From positions 2,176,001-2,240,000 of the forward strand of contig OZ242214.1 in NCBI GenBank assembly GCA_965206595.1: DNA of 64,000 bases. The letters are read 5' to 3'. This document shows, piece after piece, positions 1 through 9,748 of the stretch; position 1 is the stretch's first letter; the number at the start of each line of letters is the position of its first letter. The position numbers were made by a program, and so were the translations under genes. The stretch is from Candidatus Latescibacterota bacterium. Lineage in GTDB: Bacteria; Latescibacterota; UBA2968; UBA8231. The notes below the pieces were generated by a model. The model was given only the letters and a program-made list of their open reading frames with translations. It was not told the origin of the DNA and did no database searches.

Positions 1-563
1 GGACCTCTCCGATGGTCGCCGCCTCCAACGGACTCAAGCTGGCGGAGATGGTGCCCGGACCGAAGGGGCGGCTGTTCTGGGGGCTGATGCTGGCCCTCGT
101 ATGCAGCCTCCTCGCCTCGGCCTTTATCACTTTGAAGCTCTGTTACACGTACGGCGCCATAAACCTCAATCTCATCAACTGGGCCGGGGCTCACGGGTGG
201 CCCTACCTCGGCGCGCGCATTACCGAGATGCCGGATGCCAACATGAGAGGCTGGCTGTTCCGGGGCATCGGCGCCGCGGTGGAGGGATTTCTGGTATTCG
301 CGCAGCACCGGTGGCACTGGTGGTCGCTGCACCCGCTGGGGTTTGCGATTGCCGTCGGCTGGCTCACCAGCTCGATATGGTTCTCGGCGATGCTGGCATG
401 GCTGCTCAAGCTGATAATCCTCTTCTTCTGGGGCCCGCGCATGTTCCAGGCGATGAAGCCGTTCTTTCTCGGCCTGATCATGGGAGAGGTCGCTGCCGGC
501 GGCATTTGGGGGACGATCTTCTCCTTCACCGCGGAGACCGGGCGTATTCTGACCAGCATGTGA
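1..563 (+). CDS. Multi-pass membrane protein, 3' part (resembles DUF6785/DUF6784 putative transporter); frame open to window start
   Basis: Several hydrophobic segments; C-terminal WWSLHPLGF...KPFFLGLIMGE motif; no in-frame stop upstream of ATG 12. Confidence 0.6.
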   Translation, partial: TSPMVAASNGLKLAEMVPGPKGRLFWGLMLALVCSLLASAFITLKLCYTYGAINLNLINWAGAHGWPYLGARITEMPDANMRGWLFRGIGAAVEGFLVFAQHRWHWWSLHPLGFAIAVGWLTSSIWFSAMLAWLLKLIILFFWGPRMFQAMKPFFLGLIMGEVAAGGIWGTIFSFTAETGRILTSM

Positions 564-704
564 CTTGAGCGCCGACCGGATCGGAGGGGTGGGCGCCGCC
601 CGCGGCCGGCCTCTTCGAGGCAGGGGGATGCAGCGCATTCGTCGAAGCGATGCTGGACTTTCGCGGCGGCCGGCTTCTTCGTTTCGCAAATCCACAGGAG
701 CACC

Positions 705-2104
705 ATGACAAGGCAGGAACCGATCGACGCCGGCACCGAAAGGCAGCTCTTCTGCGACGAGCTGATCATCGGGGAGATGCGCGGCCTCGAGCGCACCCTG
801 AACCAGCCGGTCCGCTACGCCGGCAACCCGCTGATGTTCCCCATCCATCCCTGGGAGGGCCGCCTCGAGCTCTACGGCACGGTGCTGCGCGACGCGGACG
901 GCTCCTTCCGCATGTGGTACACCGGGCTCGGCGCCATGGGGGTCGCCGGCATGGGAGCGACCCCGGGAAAGTGGGCGCATCTCGGCTTCGACCCGGCGAA
1001 CCTCCTCTACAGCTACTGCTACGCGGTTTCGAAGGACGGCATCTTCTGGGAGCGCCCCAACCTCGGACTGGTGGAGTACGGCGGCTCGAAGGAGAACAAC
1101 CTCCTCATGCTCGACGCGGCCGGGGGCAACGTCTGCCGCGACGACCGCCTCCCCGACCCGGAGCGCCGCTACAAGGCCCTCTTCTACGAGGCGCGCGATC
1201 CGGGCGGCACGCCGAACGAAGGGGACGGGGTCTCCGTCGCCTTCTCCCCCGACGGCCTGAGCTGGACGAAATACCAGGGCAACCCGGTGATCCGCAGGGC
1301 GAGCGACTCCCACAGGCTGCTGGGGTGGGACGACCGCCACCGGGCCTGGGTCGCCTACTGCCGCCCCACGGTGCACGAGGGCAACCCGGTGCGCCGCATC
1401 GGACGCTGCACCAGCGACGACTTCATCCACTGGAACGACCCCGAGGAGGTGCTGGTCCCCGACGAACGGGACCCGCCCGGGACGCAGTTCTACTGCATGG
1501 CGGTGTTCCGCTGCGCCGGTCTCTACATCGGCCAGCTGCACGTCTACCACACCAACCCGGAGGAGCCCCACATCCGCTTCTACGGGACCATCGACATCCA
1601 GCTCGCGGTCAGCCGCGACGGGGTCCGCTGGGAGCGGGTTTGCGATCGGGCCGGGTTCATGGAGAACGGGCCTGCCGGCAGCGACGACGCCGGTGAAATC
1701 TACATGGCGAACGCCCCTGTCCCTGCAGCGTCGAGCACGGGCCAACCGGCCGCAGCGGGCCGATCAACCTCGCCAAGCTGCGGCTCGACGGCTTCGTGTC
1801 GGTCGACGCCGGAGCGGAAACGGGCACCCTGGTCACCAGGCCGTTCCGCTGCGAAGGGGGCTCCCTGAGGATCAACGCCTCCGCGCGCGGAGGCGAGGTG
1901 TCGGTCGCCGTCCTCGACGCGGACGGGGTGCAGCAGGACGGTTTCGGCAAGGCGGACAGCGCCCTGTTCGACGGCGACTCGGTGCGCTGCGAGATGACCT
2001 GGAGGCGCGCCTGTTACGACGATCTCAGGGGCCGGGTGATCCGCCTCAAGTTCTACCTGCGCAACGCCCGCCTCTACTCCTTTCAGCAGGGCCCCGGCCA
2101 ATGA
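705..2104 (+). pseudogene. Five-bladed beta-propeller glycoside-hydrolase-like protein, frameshifted near 1720-1730
   Basis: RBS caggag; repeated SxDGxxW motifs; typical C-terminus INLAKLRLDGFVSVDAG...LRNARLYSF lies in another frame ending at 2104. Confidence 0.7.
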
Positions 2105-2187
2105 ACGCGACCGAGTTTCAGGTGCAGTCCGGCGGCACCGAGCTGAAATGCACCCTCGCCGTTCCGGAGGAGGGGCTCGCCGAATGA
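2101..2187 (+). repeat. 28-codon diverged duplicate of the N-terminus of the next gene
   Basis: [28 protein letters not shown] versus [29 protein letters not shown] at 2184. Confidence 0.85.
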
Positions 2188-2990
2188 ACACGACCGAGTT
2201 CCCGGTGCCGACAGGCGATGTCGAGCTGAAATGCACTCTCGCCGTTCCCGAGGACGGGCTCGCCGGGGAGCACTCGGCGCTGCTGCTCAACATCAGCGCC
2301 ACCGCCGGCCTCGCCCTCCGCGACGAGACCCAGAACCACCCGACGCAGCCGTTTCTCGACGCCGGGCACTTCGTCGCAAGCTTCGACCTGCCCTGCCACG
2401 GGGAGCGCGTCAGCCCCGGGCACGGCGAGAACCTCCACGGCATGGGCAGGGCCTTCCTCGCCGGTGAGGACCCGTTCGCGCAGTTCGTCCGCGACGGCCA
2501 AGCGGTGGTGGACGCCTGCCTCGTGCGGGGCGCCGGCAACGCCAGGGTCGTCGGCTACGGGGTCTCGCGCGCCGGGTACTGCCTGCTGCGCCTGGCCGCG
2601 GCCGATCCCCGCCTGCGGGCGGTTGCCGCCCTCTCCCCGGTGACCGACTGGGGCATCCCCGAGGAGTTCACCGAAACCTGCCCCCGCACCCACACCTGGC
2701 CGCTGCGCATCCACCACTGGGTGGGGGAACTCGCCACGACCGCCGTCTACCTCAGCGTCGGCAGTCAGGACGACGTCGTCGGCACCCGGGCCTGCGTCGA
2801 CTTCGCCATGGAGCTGTTCGAGATCCAGCGCCGCGAGCTGCAGCAGGACACCCTACTCGGCCAGCTCCACGTCGTCGACTCCCCCGGCCACTCGCCGTCG
2901 CGGGAGTCGCGCCTCGACGCCACCCGCTTTCTGCTGGAGTTCTGCGGGAAGGGGCATCCGGCGCCCCCGAAGCGGGAGACCGGGCCGTGA
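2184..2990 (+). CDS. Alpha/beta-fold hydrolase
   Basis: FDLPCHG, nucleophile elbow GVSRAG, later Asp (QDDVV) and His (PGH); ATG at 2184. Confidence 0.75.
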   Translation: MNTTEFPVPTGDVELKCTLAVPEDGLAGEHSALLLNISATAGLALRDETQNHPTQPFLDAGHFVASFDLPCHGERVSPGHGENLHGMGRAFLAGEDPFAQFVRDGQAVVDACLVRGAGNARVVGYGVSRAGYCLLRLAAADPRLRAVAALSPVTDWGIPEEFTETCPRTHTWPLRIHHWVGELATTAVYLSVGSQDDVVGTRACVDFAMELFEIQRRELQQDTLLGQLHVVDSPGHSPSRESRLDATRFLLEFCGKGHPAPPKRETGP

Positions 2991-3991
2991 TCCCGCTGTC
3001 GATCCTCGACCTCGCCCCGATCCGCCTGGGGAGCGACGCGGCCGCGGCCTTCCGCACCATGCGCGCCCAGGCGCGGCACGCCGAGAAGCTCGGGTTCCAC
3101 CGCTACTGGATCGCCGAGCACCACAACATGGCCGGCATCGGCAGCGCCGCCACCTCGGTCCTGATCGCCCACGTCGCCGAGGCGACCGAGCGGATGCGGG
3201 TCGGCTCCGGCGGCATCATGCTGCCCAACCACGCCCCCCTGGTGATCGCCGAGCAGTTCGGCACCCTCGAGTCCCTCTACCCCGGGCGCATCGACCTCGG
3301 CCTCGGCAGGGCCCCGGGCACCGACCTGCTGACCGTGCGCGCCCTGCGGCGGGAACGGATCGGCAGCGACCAGCAGTTCCCGCGCGACGTCCTCGAGCTG
3401 CAGGCCTACTTCCGCGACCCGGAGCCGGACCAGGCGGTGCGCGCGGTGCCGGGCGCCGGGCTGCGGGTGCCGATCTGGCTGCTCGGGTCGAGCCTGTTCA
3501 GCGCCCAGCTCGCCGCCCACCTCGGGCTGCCCTACGCCTTCGCCTCCCACTTCGCCCCGGCCCTTCTCGCCGACGCCCTGTACGTGTACCGCACCACCTT
3601 CAGGCCCTCGGAACAGCTGGCGCAGCCGTACGCGATGGTCGGAGTCAACGTCGCCGCCGCGGACAGCGACGAGGAGGCGCGGCGGCTGTTCACCTCGCAG
3701 CAGGTGCAGTCGATCGGCATGATGCGTGGCCGGCGCGACCAGCTCGGCCCTCCGGTCGACGACATCGAGACCTGCTGGACCGGCCTGGAGAAGCCCGCGG
3801 TCGAGGAGAAGCTGAGCTGCTCCGCCGTCGGTTCCCCGGAGGCGGTGGAGGCAGGGATCAACGACCTTGTCCAACGGACGGGCGCCGACGAGCTGATCAC
3901 CACCTGCCGCATCTTCGACCAAGCGGCATGCCACCGCTCGCTCGAGATCCTGGCCGCGGTGCGGGAAAAATGCGGTTCAACCGACAATTGA
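2987..3991 (+). CDS. Luciferase-like (LLM class) flavin-dependent monooxygenase, YhbW-like
   Basis: [52 protein letters not shown]. Confidence 0.92.
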   Translation: MIPLSILDLAPIRLGSDAAAAFRTMRAQARHAEKLGFHRYWIAEHHNMAGIGSAATSVLIAHVAEATERMRVGSGGIMLPNHAPLVIAEQFGTLESLYPGRIDLGLGRAPGTDLLTVRALRRERIGSDQQFPRDVLELQAYFRDPEPDQAVRAVPGAGLRVPIWLLGSSLFSAQLAAHLGLPYAFASHFAPALLADALYVYRTTFRPSEQLAQPYAMVGVNVAAADSDEEARRLFTSQQVQSIGMMRGRRDQLGPPVDDIETCWTGLEKPAVEEKLSCSAVGSPEAVEAGINDLVQRTGADELITTCRIFDQAACHRSLEILAAVREKCGSTDN

Positions 3992-4001
3992 GGAGAAAGT
4001 C

Positions 4002-4958
4002 ATGGAAGCTTTGAGAATCAGGGAAATGCTGCACGCCGCTCTTTGCCTCCTCCTGCTGGCAGTGTCGGCCGGCGCCCACGCCGGCGGCCGCGTCTATCCG
4101 ATTGCCTATCTCACCGACGGGATGCTGGCGGAAATCCAGCTTGACGACGCATCGGTGGACGAGTGGTATTCGTTGATCGGCGAGCCCACCATGACGCTGC
4201 TCGACTTCGAAGATGAGGCGCTTGGCTCGGAACTGGATCCGTCCGACCTCGACTTCGGCATCTGGCTGGCCTGGCACGACGACCCTGCCCGCCTGTACGT
4301 GGCCTTTGCGGCCAGCGATGACCTGTACAGGAACACCCATGACTACGGCTCGGATGAATTTGAAGATTCCATGTATTTCCAGGACGGCATCTTCCTGGCA
4401 ATCGACGCAGACCACAGCGGGGGGCAGGGGATTGCAGGACTCGAGCCTTCGGAGTGGCTGGAGGTTTTCGGGCAAACCCAGTTTTACACCGCCATTTCCT
4501 ACACCGGCAGCGGACCGACCTTGGCAGACGAGGGAATGACAGCCCAGACGGGAACATTCGCCTGGACGGTCCTCCCTCCCTTCGCGGAGGCAGGCGGCGG
4601 CACAGGCGGGGAAAACCCGGCCTTCAGCGTGATCGAGCTGTACGTCACCCCGTTCGACCGGTTCGGAGCCTGGGACAGCTCCGAAGGAAGCCTGGTCAAC
4701 GACCTGGAGGCGGGAAAGATCATCGGCTTTGCGATTGCCGCAAACGACTTGGATCCGCCTGATTTCCCGACAACCTGGACACCCGAAGCCATGGAACCTT
4801 CCGGGGATTTTACCCCCGCCCTCCTCCTGACCCAACGTCGAGGGGACAGCTTCATCGACGGCATGCTCCTGTCCTCCGACCCGGCCGGGCAGGAAAACGG
4901 CTCTGCCGTGGAATCGGTTTCCTGGGGCCGGATCAAGGCCTCTCTGGAGATTGATTAG
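4002..4958 (+). CDS. Secreted acidic protein, CBM9/DOMON-like fold, C-terminal AVESVSWGRIKASLE tail (paralog 1)
   Basis: Signal peptide; DPSDLDF.IWLAWHD, ELYVTPFD, IIGF motifs shared with 14302-15246 and 35386-36279. Confidence 0.7.
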   Translation: MEALRIREMLHAALCLLLLAVSAGAHAGGRVYPIAYLTDGMLAEIQLDDASVDEWYSLIGEPTMTLLDFEDEALGSELDPSDLDFGIWLAWHDDPARLYVAFAASDDLYRNTHDYGSDEFEDSMYFQDGIFLAIDADHSGGQGIAGLEPSEWLEVFGQTQFYTAISYTGSGPTLADEGMTAQTGTFAWTVLPPFAEAGGGTGGENPAFSVIELYVTPFDRFGAWDSSEGSLVNDLEAGKIIGFAIAANDLDPPDFPTTWTPEAMEPSGDFTPALLLTQRRGDSFIDGMLLSSDPAGQENGSAVESVSWGRIKASLEID

Positions 4959-4983
4959 CCGGCGTACCTGCCCCGCCGGAGGG

Positions 4984-5115
4984 GCTGGTCGTCTACAACG
5001 TGCTGGGCCGGCACCATGGTGGATCAGTTCCAGGCCGGCGTTGTACCAGATCCAGTGGGATGCCCGCGACCAGCGGGGCGCGGCGGTGGTGGCGGGGCTG
5101 TATACCACTCGCCTG
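4984..5115 (+). pseudogene. Orphan, frameshifted FlgD-Ig/T9SS-like C-terminal domain fragment
   Basis: LVVYNVLG...VDQFQAG/LYQIQWDARDQRGAAVVAGLYTTRL; resembles 45730-45996. Confidence 0.6.
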
Positions 5116-5218
5116 ATCCGAGATCTCGGCCGTCGTTCGCGGCAAGCCCCGCCAGGGTCTCGCGGCCCGGAAGCGTCTTACAGCCCAAAATCCAGGATCG
5201 CTCCTCAAGCCGATAGCG

Positions 5219-5305
5219 GCAGGGATCATCGCCCTCGTCGAACAGACCTGTGCCCCACGAAATGATCACCACCTGCCGCATCTTCGACCCCGCGGCCTGC
5301 CACGC
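5219..5305 (+). repeat. Diverged copy of the LLM gene 3' end (3851-3935)
   Basis: gcagggatca...tgatcaccacctgccgcatcttcgacc..gcggc.tgccac at both sites. Confidence 0.8.
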
Positions 5306-5544
5306 CCAAGCAGACTCTTGGCGAGCGAGTGTCCAACGTGCCATTTCACCAGGGCGTGTTGGGGACGCTTGTCCGCCGATTGTGTTTGCACAAGAAAAAT
5401 CAAAAAACCTGCAGCCTGGGATTCGACCAGGAAATCAATTGGCCCGGCCCGGCAAAATCGGCGGTCTCTGTGTTGATCAGGGAGGAAGACGGATAACCCC
5501 TTTCGGGACCAAGAAACGATATTGCCCCACCCTGGTCCTGCTCC

Positions 5545-5631
5545 CGCGTGTACCCGATTCCGGAGCTCACTGATGAGATGCTGGCCAAGATCCGGCTCGA
5601 CGATGGATCGGTAGACGGGCACGTCAATTGA
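5545..5631 (+). pseudogene. N-terminal fragment of another CBM9-like paralog
   Basis: RVYPIPELTDEMLAKIRLDDGSVD then stop; compare RVYPIAYLTDGMLAEIQLDDASVD in paralog 1. Confidence 0.75.
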
Positions 5632-5849
5632 AACACATAATGTGGTATCGACATCGGGCCTCCCGGGGCGGAACCGCGCGCGTGCAACAGCCCGGGCTTC
5701 TTTTCGGGTATCGGCGACGAAGGGAACGTCTCATGAAGCGGGATAATTGCAGATCGTCTGCGAGTTGCAGAGTTTGACCAACCACCGAAAGTGCCGCCTG
5801 CCGCTCCCGGCGCCCTTCCATCCCTACCGGGTCTCCGAAACCCCACCCA

Positions 5850-7829
5850 ATGCTTCTGAACCTTCGACTATCGGCAATCACTTTTGCGGTGGTTTGCACG
5901 GCGGCCACGGGAGACGCACTGACCGTATACCGCCTGGGCGGGGAAGATGTACCGGAGCCCGACCATGAAGGCGCGGCTTTCGATTTCGTGCAGCTTCACT
6001 GGGAAGACGTCGATGCCGACCGCTTCGGAGATTCGGTCGGCATGGATATCCAGCCCGGCGCGGTCGCCCCGGAGGCCATGGACGCCAATGTGAATCTGAC
6101 GCCCACCACGCTGGACGGGAACTTCCATTTCCTGGGGTGGAGATCGTGGGAGGCCGTCCAGGGTACGGGATCCTCGTATCAAGGATGGTCCGTTCGCATG
6201 GGAGACGAGGATGCCGATACCTATTACACTGATTACAGGGGCACTACCTACCTGTTCGATCTGCAACGGCTGGTCCACCTCGAGCGCATACGTTTCTACA
6301 CCCGTCATGATGACGGCACCCTCATCACGTGCGGATTCAGCTGGAGGGTTGCGGCCACGTGCAGGTCCGGCGGCCAGGACCCGGTTCCCCGGTTCCTGAT
6401 CGGCACGAACGACGGAGGCCCTGCCAGGGACGGGGCGCGGCCATACAAACCGTCGTATGGGAGCAAAGTCGACCCGGCGATGCGCTACGACTTCGACATA
6501 GCACACGAGGGCCCGGGTCATGACGTGGTCGATCTGAGTTTCCCTTCCATTCCCACCCGGCGCCTGCTCTTCCAGGTTTTCGGCTTTGGAGACTTGTGGT
6601 GGGAGGTTGCCGAATTCGAGATCTACGCCAGCGGCTTTGTCCCGTTCGCGAGATACACATCCAACGTCATCGACCTTGGCGAAGCGCTCAGCCTGGGAGA
6701 GCTGTCCTGGGCTGGACAGGAGGGGGAAGATCCGGAGGCCCGCGTCGACATCACCATGCGCAGCGGCGACGACGACCAGCCGGACGTATTCTGGCGCAAA
6801 ACCTTCAGGGGGGACGAACAGGTCCCCTTTTCAGAGTCCGGCGCGCTCCTTACGCGCCCCCAGTACAATCGCCTTGGACCGGGGGAGAAAGGGAATGTCA
6901 CCCACGACAAGGAAAACTGGCTGAGCTGGAACGCCGCCTACGACTTCCTCGCCGGAAGGGGAAACCCCAACGCCGACCGGCCACGCCGCTTTGCGCAGTT
7001 CGAAGTCGCCTTCCATTCCACCCCCGAGTCGGGCGGCCGGGTCGACTACCTGCAGTTCGCGGCTTCGCCACCCCTGGTCACTCGTGCGACAGCCGAGATC
7101 GCCCCCGCCGCTGCCGCCGCTGGCGAGGTCACCTCCTTCACCTACCAGGTGCGGCCCCGGATCGAGCCAGGTGATCCCGGCTTCGACGGCATCGCAATCG
7201 ATACCCCCGCACGCATCGTCAGCGTCGAGCCCGTGGCTCGCCTGGACGGCGCCGGCCTCGACCTCACCGTTACGCGGCTGGATGAAAAGGGCTTCGCCCT
7301 GCAGATCCCGCGGATCGATTCGAACCACAACGGAATGCTCATCGAGCTGACCTTCCAGGCCCGGGTCTTCGACTACGACACCCCCTTCGCAGCCCGCCTC
7401 TCAGACAGCGGCGCGCCGTTCGAGGTGCCGCAACCCGTCACCGAGGGGGACGCAGACGAGTTGAACGACAGCAACCGAACACGGGTAGCCCTCACCACCA
7501 TTCCAGATCAGTCGATCAGGAGTTTGCGCCTGTCATCGCCTGTGTTTTCCCCGAATGGCGACCGCGTCAACGATGTCCTGCAGATCGATTACGAGTTGAT
7601 GAATCTCAGCGGCGCGGTGCCCGTATCAATCGCCGTCTACGATCTGACAGGCCGGCAGGTCGGTGGGGTCGGGCCTGGAGGCAGCGCCGTCAGCGGACCT
7701 TCCAGCGTTTCCTGGGATGGTACCGGCGACCAGGGCCGGCTGGCACCGGGGCTCTACCTGCTGCAGCTCGAGGTCGAAACCGACACCGGCAGGGACCGTG
7801 CCCAGCGTCTCGTCGCCATCGCTTACTAG
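5850..7829 (+). CDS. Secreted protein with C-terminal FlgD Ig-like domain
   Basis: Signal peptide; C-terminal FSPNGDRVND...AVYDLTGRQV...WDGTG...GLYLLQLEV. Confidence 0.75.
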   Translation: MLLNLRLSAITFAVVCTAATGDALTVYRLGGEDVPEPDHEGAAFDFVQLHWEDVDADRFGDSVGMDIQPGAVAPEAMDANVNLTPTTLDGNFHFLGWRSWEAVQGTGSSYQGWSVRMGDEDADTYYTDYRGTTYLFDLQRLVHLERIRFYTRHDDGTLITCGFSWRVAATCRSGGQDPVPRFLIGTNDGGPARDGARPYKPSYGSKVDPAMRYDFDIAHEGPGHDVVDLSFPSIPTRRLLFQVFGFGDLWWEVAEFEIYASGFVPFARYTSNVIDLGEALSLGELSWAGQEGEDPEARVDITMRSGDDDQPDVFWRKTFRGDEQVPFSESGALLTRPQYNRLGPGEKGNVTHDKENWLSWNAAYDFLAGRGNPNADRPRRFAQFEVAFHSTPESGGRVDYLQFAASPPLVTRATAEIAPAAAAAGEVTSFTYQVRPRIEPGDPGFDGIAIDTPARIVSVEPVARLDGAGLDLTVTRLDEKGFALQIPRIDSNHNGMLIELTFQARVFDYDTPFAARLSDSGAPFEVPQPVTEGDADELNDSNRTRVALTTIPDQSIRSLRLSSPVFSPNGDRVNDVLQIDYELMNLSGAVPVSIAVYDLTGRQVGGVGPGGSAVSGPSSVSWDGTGDQGRLAPGLYLLQLEVETDTGRDRAQRLVAIAY

Positions 7830-7914
7830 TCTCCGCATCGCAAGGACTGACGGAACTGACCTGGCGCGCAAGCAGGCGAACGAGCGAGGGCGGCCGGATT
7901 CACCCGGGTGCCGG

Positions 7915-8005
7915 CGCTGGAAATCTGTGTTTTGGAGGTAGCCACCGGGGAGGTGGTCAAGGTTACTGATCACCCCGGAAAGGACTGGAATCCGGCGTGG
8001 TCCAC
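7915..8005 (+). pseudogene. Fragment of TolB-like PD40 repeat protein
   Basis: LEICVLEVATGEVVKVTDHPGKDWNPAWS nearly matches LDVCVVDIGSGVITRLTDHPGKDWNPAWS in 34192-35061. Confidence 0.65.
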
Positions 8006-8233
8006 CCCGTCTCTAGACTGGGGTTGCCAACCTGTCGGAGTCCTGACATTTCCCGTACCGGCATTGTTGCAGGGGCAGCGAGGAAGGATTGTAACCTGCT
8101 TTCAGGCGACAGAGACAAGGTCTTCAGCCGGACAAGCCGGCCCATACAACCGCGGCACCAAGCAAGCCTCATGGCGCACGGGCCCTGATTTGACCAGTTT
8201 GTCTCCCCCTTCCGCCGCGACCAACTTCAGCCG

Positions 8234-8983
8234 ATGAGCACCCTCGACTTCCGCCCCCGGGTTCCCGTGTTCGACGCCAACATCGGCGTCGGCCACCGGC
8301 ACGACCGGCCCTCCCCCTGCCCGGACGCGGACAGCCTGCTGGAGGAAATGGACCGCCACGGCGTCGGCCGCGGCCTCGTCTACCACCGGCAGGGGGAGCG
8401 GATCAGCGCGATCGAGGGGAACGAAGCCCTGGCGGAATGGGACCACGAGGCGCTTTTCCCCCAGTGGATGGCCGGCCCGAGCGGCGATTCCCTGCGCCAG
8501 CTGCAGTCGCTGCACGACGACGGCAGGCTGCGCAGCGTCCGCCTGCACAACACCGAGGAATGCCGCATCCCGTTCGCCGACTGGGTCTACGGCGAGCTGC
8601 TGGCCTGGCTCGACGCCGAGCGCATCCCGCTGTGGGTGTCGCTGGCCGACACCCCGCCGGTCGAGATCCTGGAGACCCTGCGCCGCTACCCCGGCCTGCG
8701 CGCGGTGCTTCTTGGCGCCCACTACACCCACAGCGCGGTGCTGGTCCCGATGCTGAAACGGTTGCCGAACGCCTCCCTGGAGCTGAGCCGCTTCGAGAAT
8801 CTCGGCGGCATCGAGGCGCTGGTGGCCGGGTTCGGGGCCGGGCGCTTCCTCTACGGCTCCTTCTTTCCCCGCTACGCCATGGGACCGATGCTCTTCTACC
8901 TGCATCACACCGCCCTCGACGACGCCGCCCTGGCGGCGATCTGCTCGGGCAACCTCGAGCGACTCCTGGGGATAACGCCGTGA
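8234..8983 (+). CDS. Amidohydrolase_2-family protein with degenerate N-terminal metal motif
   Basis: FDANIGVG in place of DxHxH; RFLYGSFFP; ICSGNLERLL. Confidence 0.75.
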   Translation: MSTLDFRPRVPVFDANIGVGHRHDRPSPCPDADSLLEEMDRHGVGRGLVYHRQGERISAIEGNEALAEWDHEALFPQWMAGPSGDSLRQLQSLHDDGRLRSVRLHNTEECRIPFADWVYGELLAWLDAERIPLWVSLADTPPVEILETLRRYPGLRAVLLGAHYTHSAVLVPMLKRLPNASLELSRFENLGGIEALVAGFGAGRFLYGSFFPRYAMGPMLFYLHHTALDDAALAAICSGNLERLLGITP

Positions 8984-9729
8984 TCGACGGCCACCTCGTC
9001 ATCGACTTCCACGGGCATGTGGGACGCTGGGATGCGCTCGATGCGGTCGACGATCCTGAAAAGATGCTGCGCGCCATGGACGCGGCCGGGATCGACAGGA
9101 GCTGCCTCTTCAACATCTTCCATCCCGACGGCCGCCCCGGAAACGACGCCACCGCCGCCTTCGTCGCCCGCCACCCCGACCGCTTCATCGGCTTCGCCTA
9201 CGTCTCGCCGACGATGCCCCAGACCATCCGTCCCGAGCTGGAGCGGGCCATCGACGAGCTGGGGATGCCGGCGATCAAGATCTACCCACCCTACACGCCG
9301 TACCCCCTCGACGACCCTGCCTGGGACCCGGTGTACGGCTTCGCCGACCAGCGCGGCCTCGCCGTCATCGCCCACACCGGGGCCGAGCCGACCGCGGCCC
9401 CGGAGCAGTTCGGCCGCGCCGCGGCGCGTTTTCCCAACGCCCATTTCGTCGCCGGCCACAGCGGAAATATCGAGCCGTATCGATCCCAGGCGATCGCCGC
9501 GGCCCGCGCCAACGCCAACTACTACCTCGAGACCTGCTCGACTTACCGGCAGCCGGGGGTCGTCGAAAGGCTCGTCGCCGAGGCCGGGGCGGACCGGGTG
9601 ATCTTCGGGTCCGACATCCCGTTGATGGACCCGCGGCCGCAGCTCGGCAAGATCGTCACCGCGGCCATCGGCGCGGAGGCCAAGCGCCTGATCCTCGGCG
9701 GCAACGCCCGCCGGCTGCTCAAGCTGTAG
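8980..9729 (+). CDS. Amidohydrolase_2-family metal-dependent hydrolase
   Basis: GTG overlaps upstream stop; IDFHGH, AHTG, AGHSG, IFGSDIP, ILGGNARRLL. Confidence 0.88.
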   Translation: MIDGHLVIDFHGHVGRWDALDAVDDPEKMLRAMDAAGIDRSCLFNIFHPDGRPGNDATAAFVARHPDRFIGFAYVSPTMPQTIRPELERAIDELGMPAIKIYPPYTPYPLDDPAWDPVYGFADQRGLAVIAHTGAEPTAAPEQFGRAAARFPNAHFVAGHSGNIEPYRSQAIAAARANANYYLETCSTYRQPGVVERLVAEAGADRVIFGSDIPLMDPRPQLGKIVTAAIGAEAKRLILGGNARRLLKL

Positions 9730-9748
9730 CTGCCCTGGAGCGGTTGCG

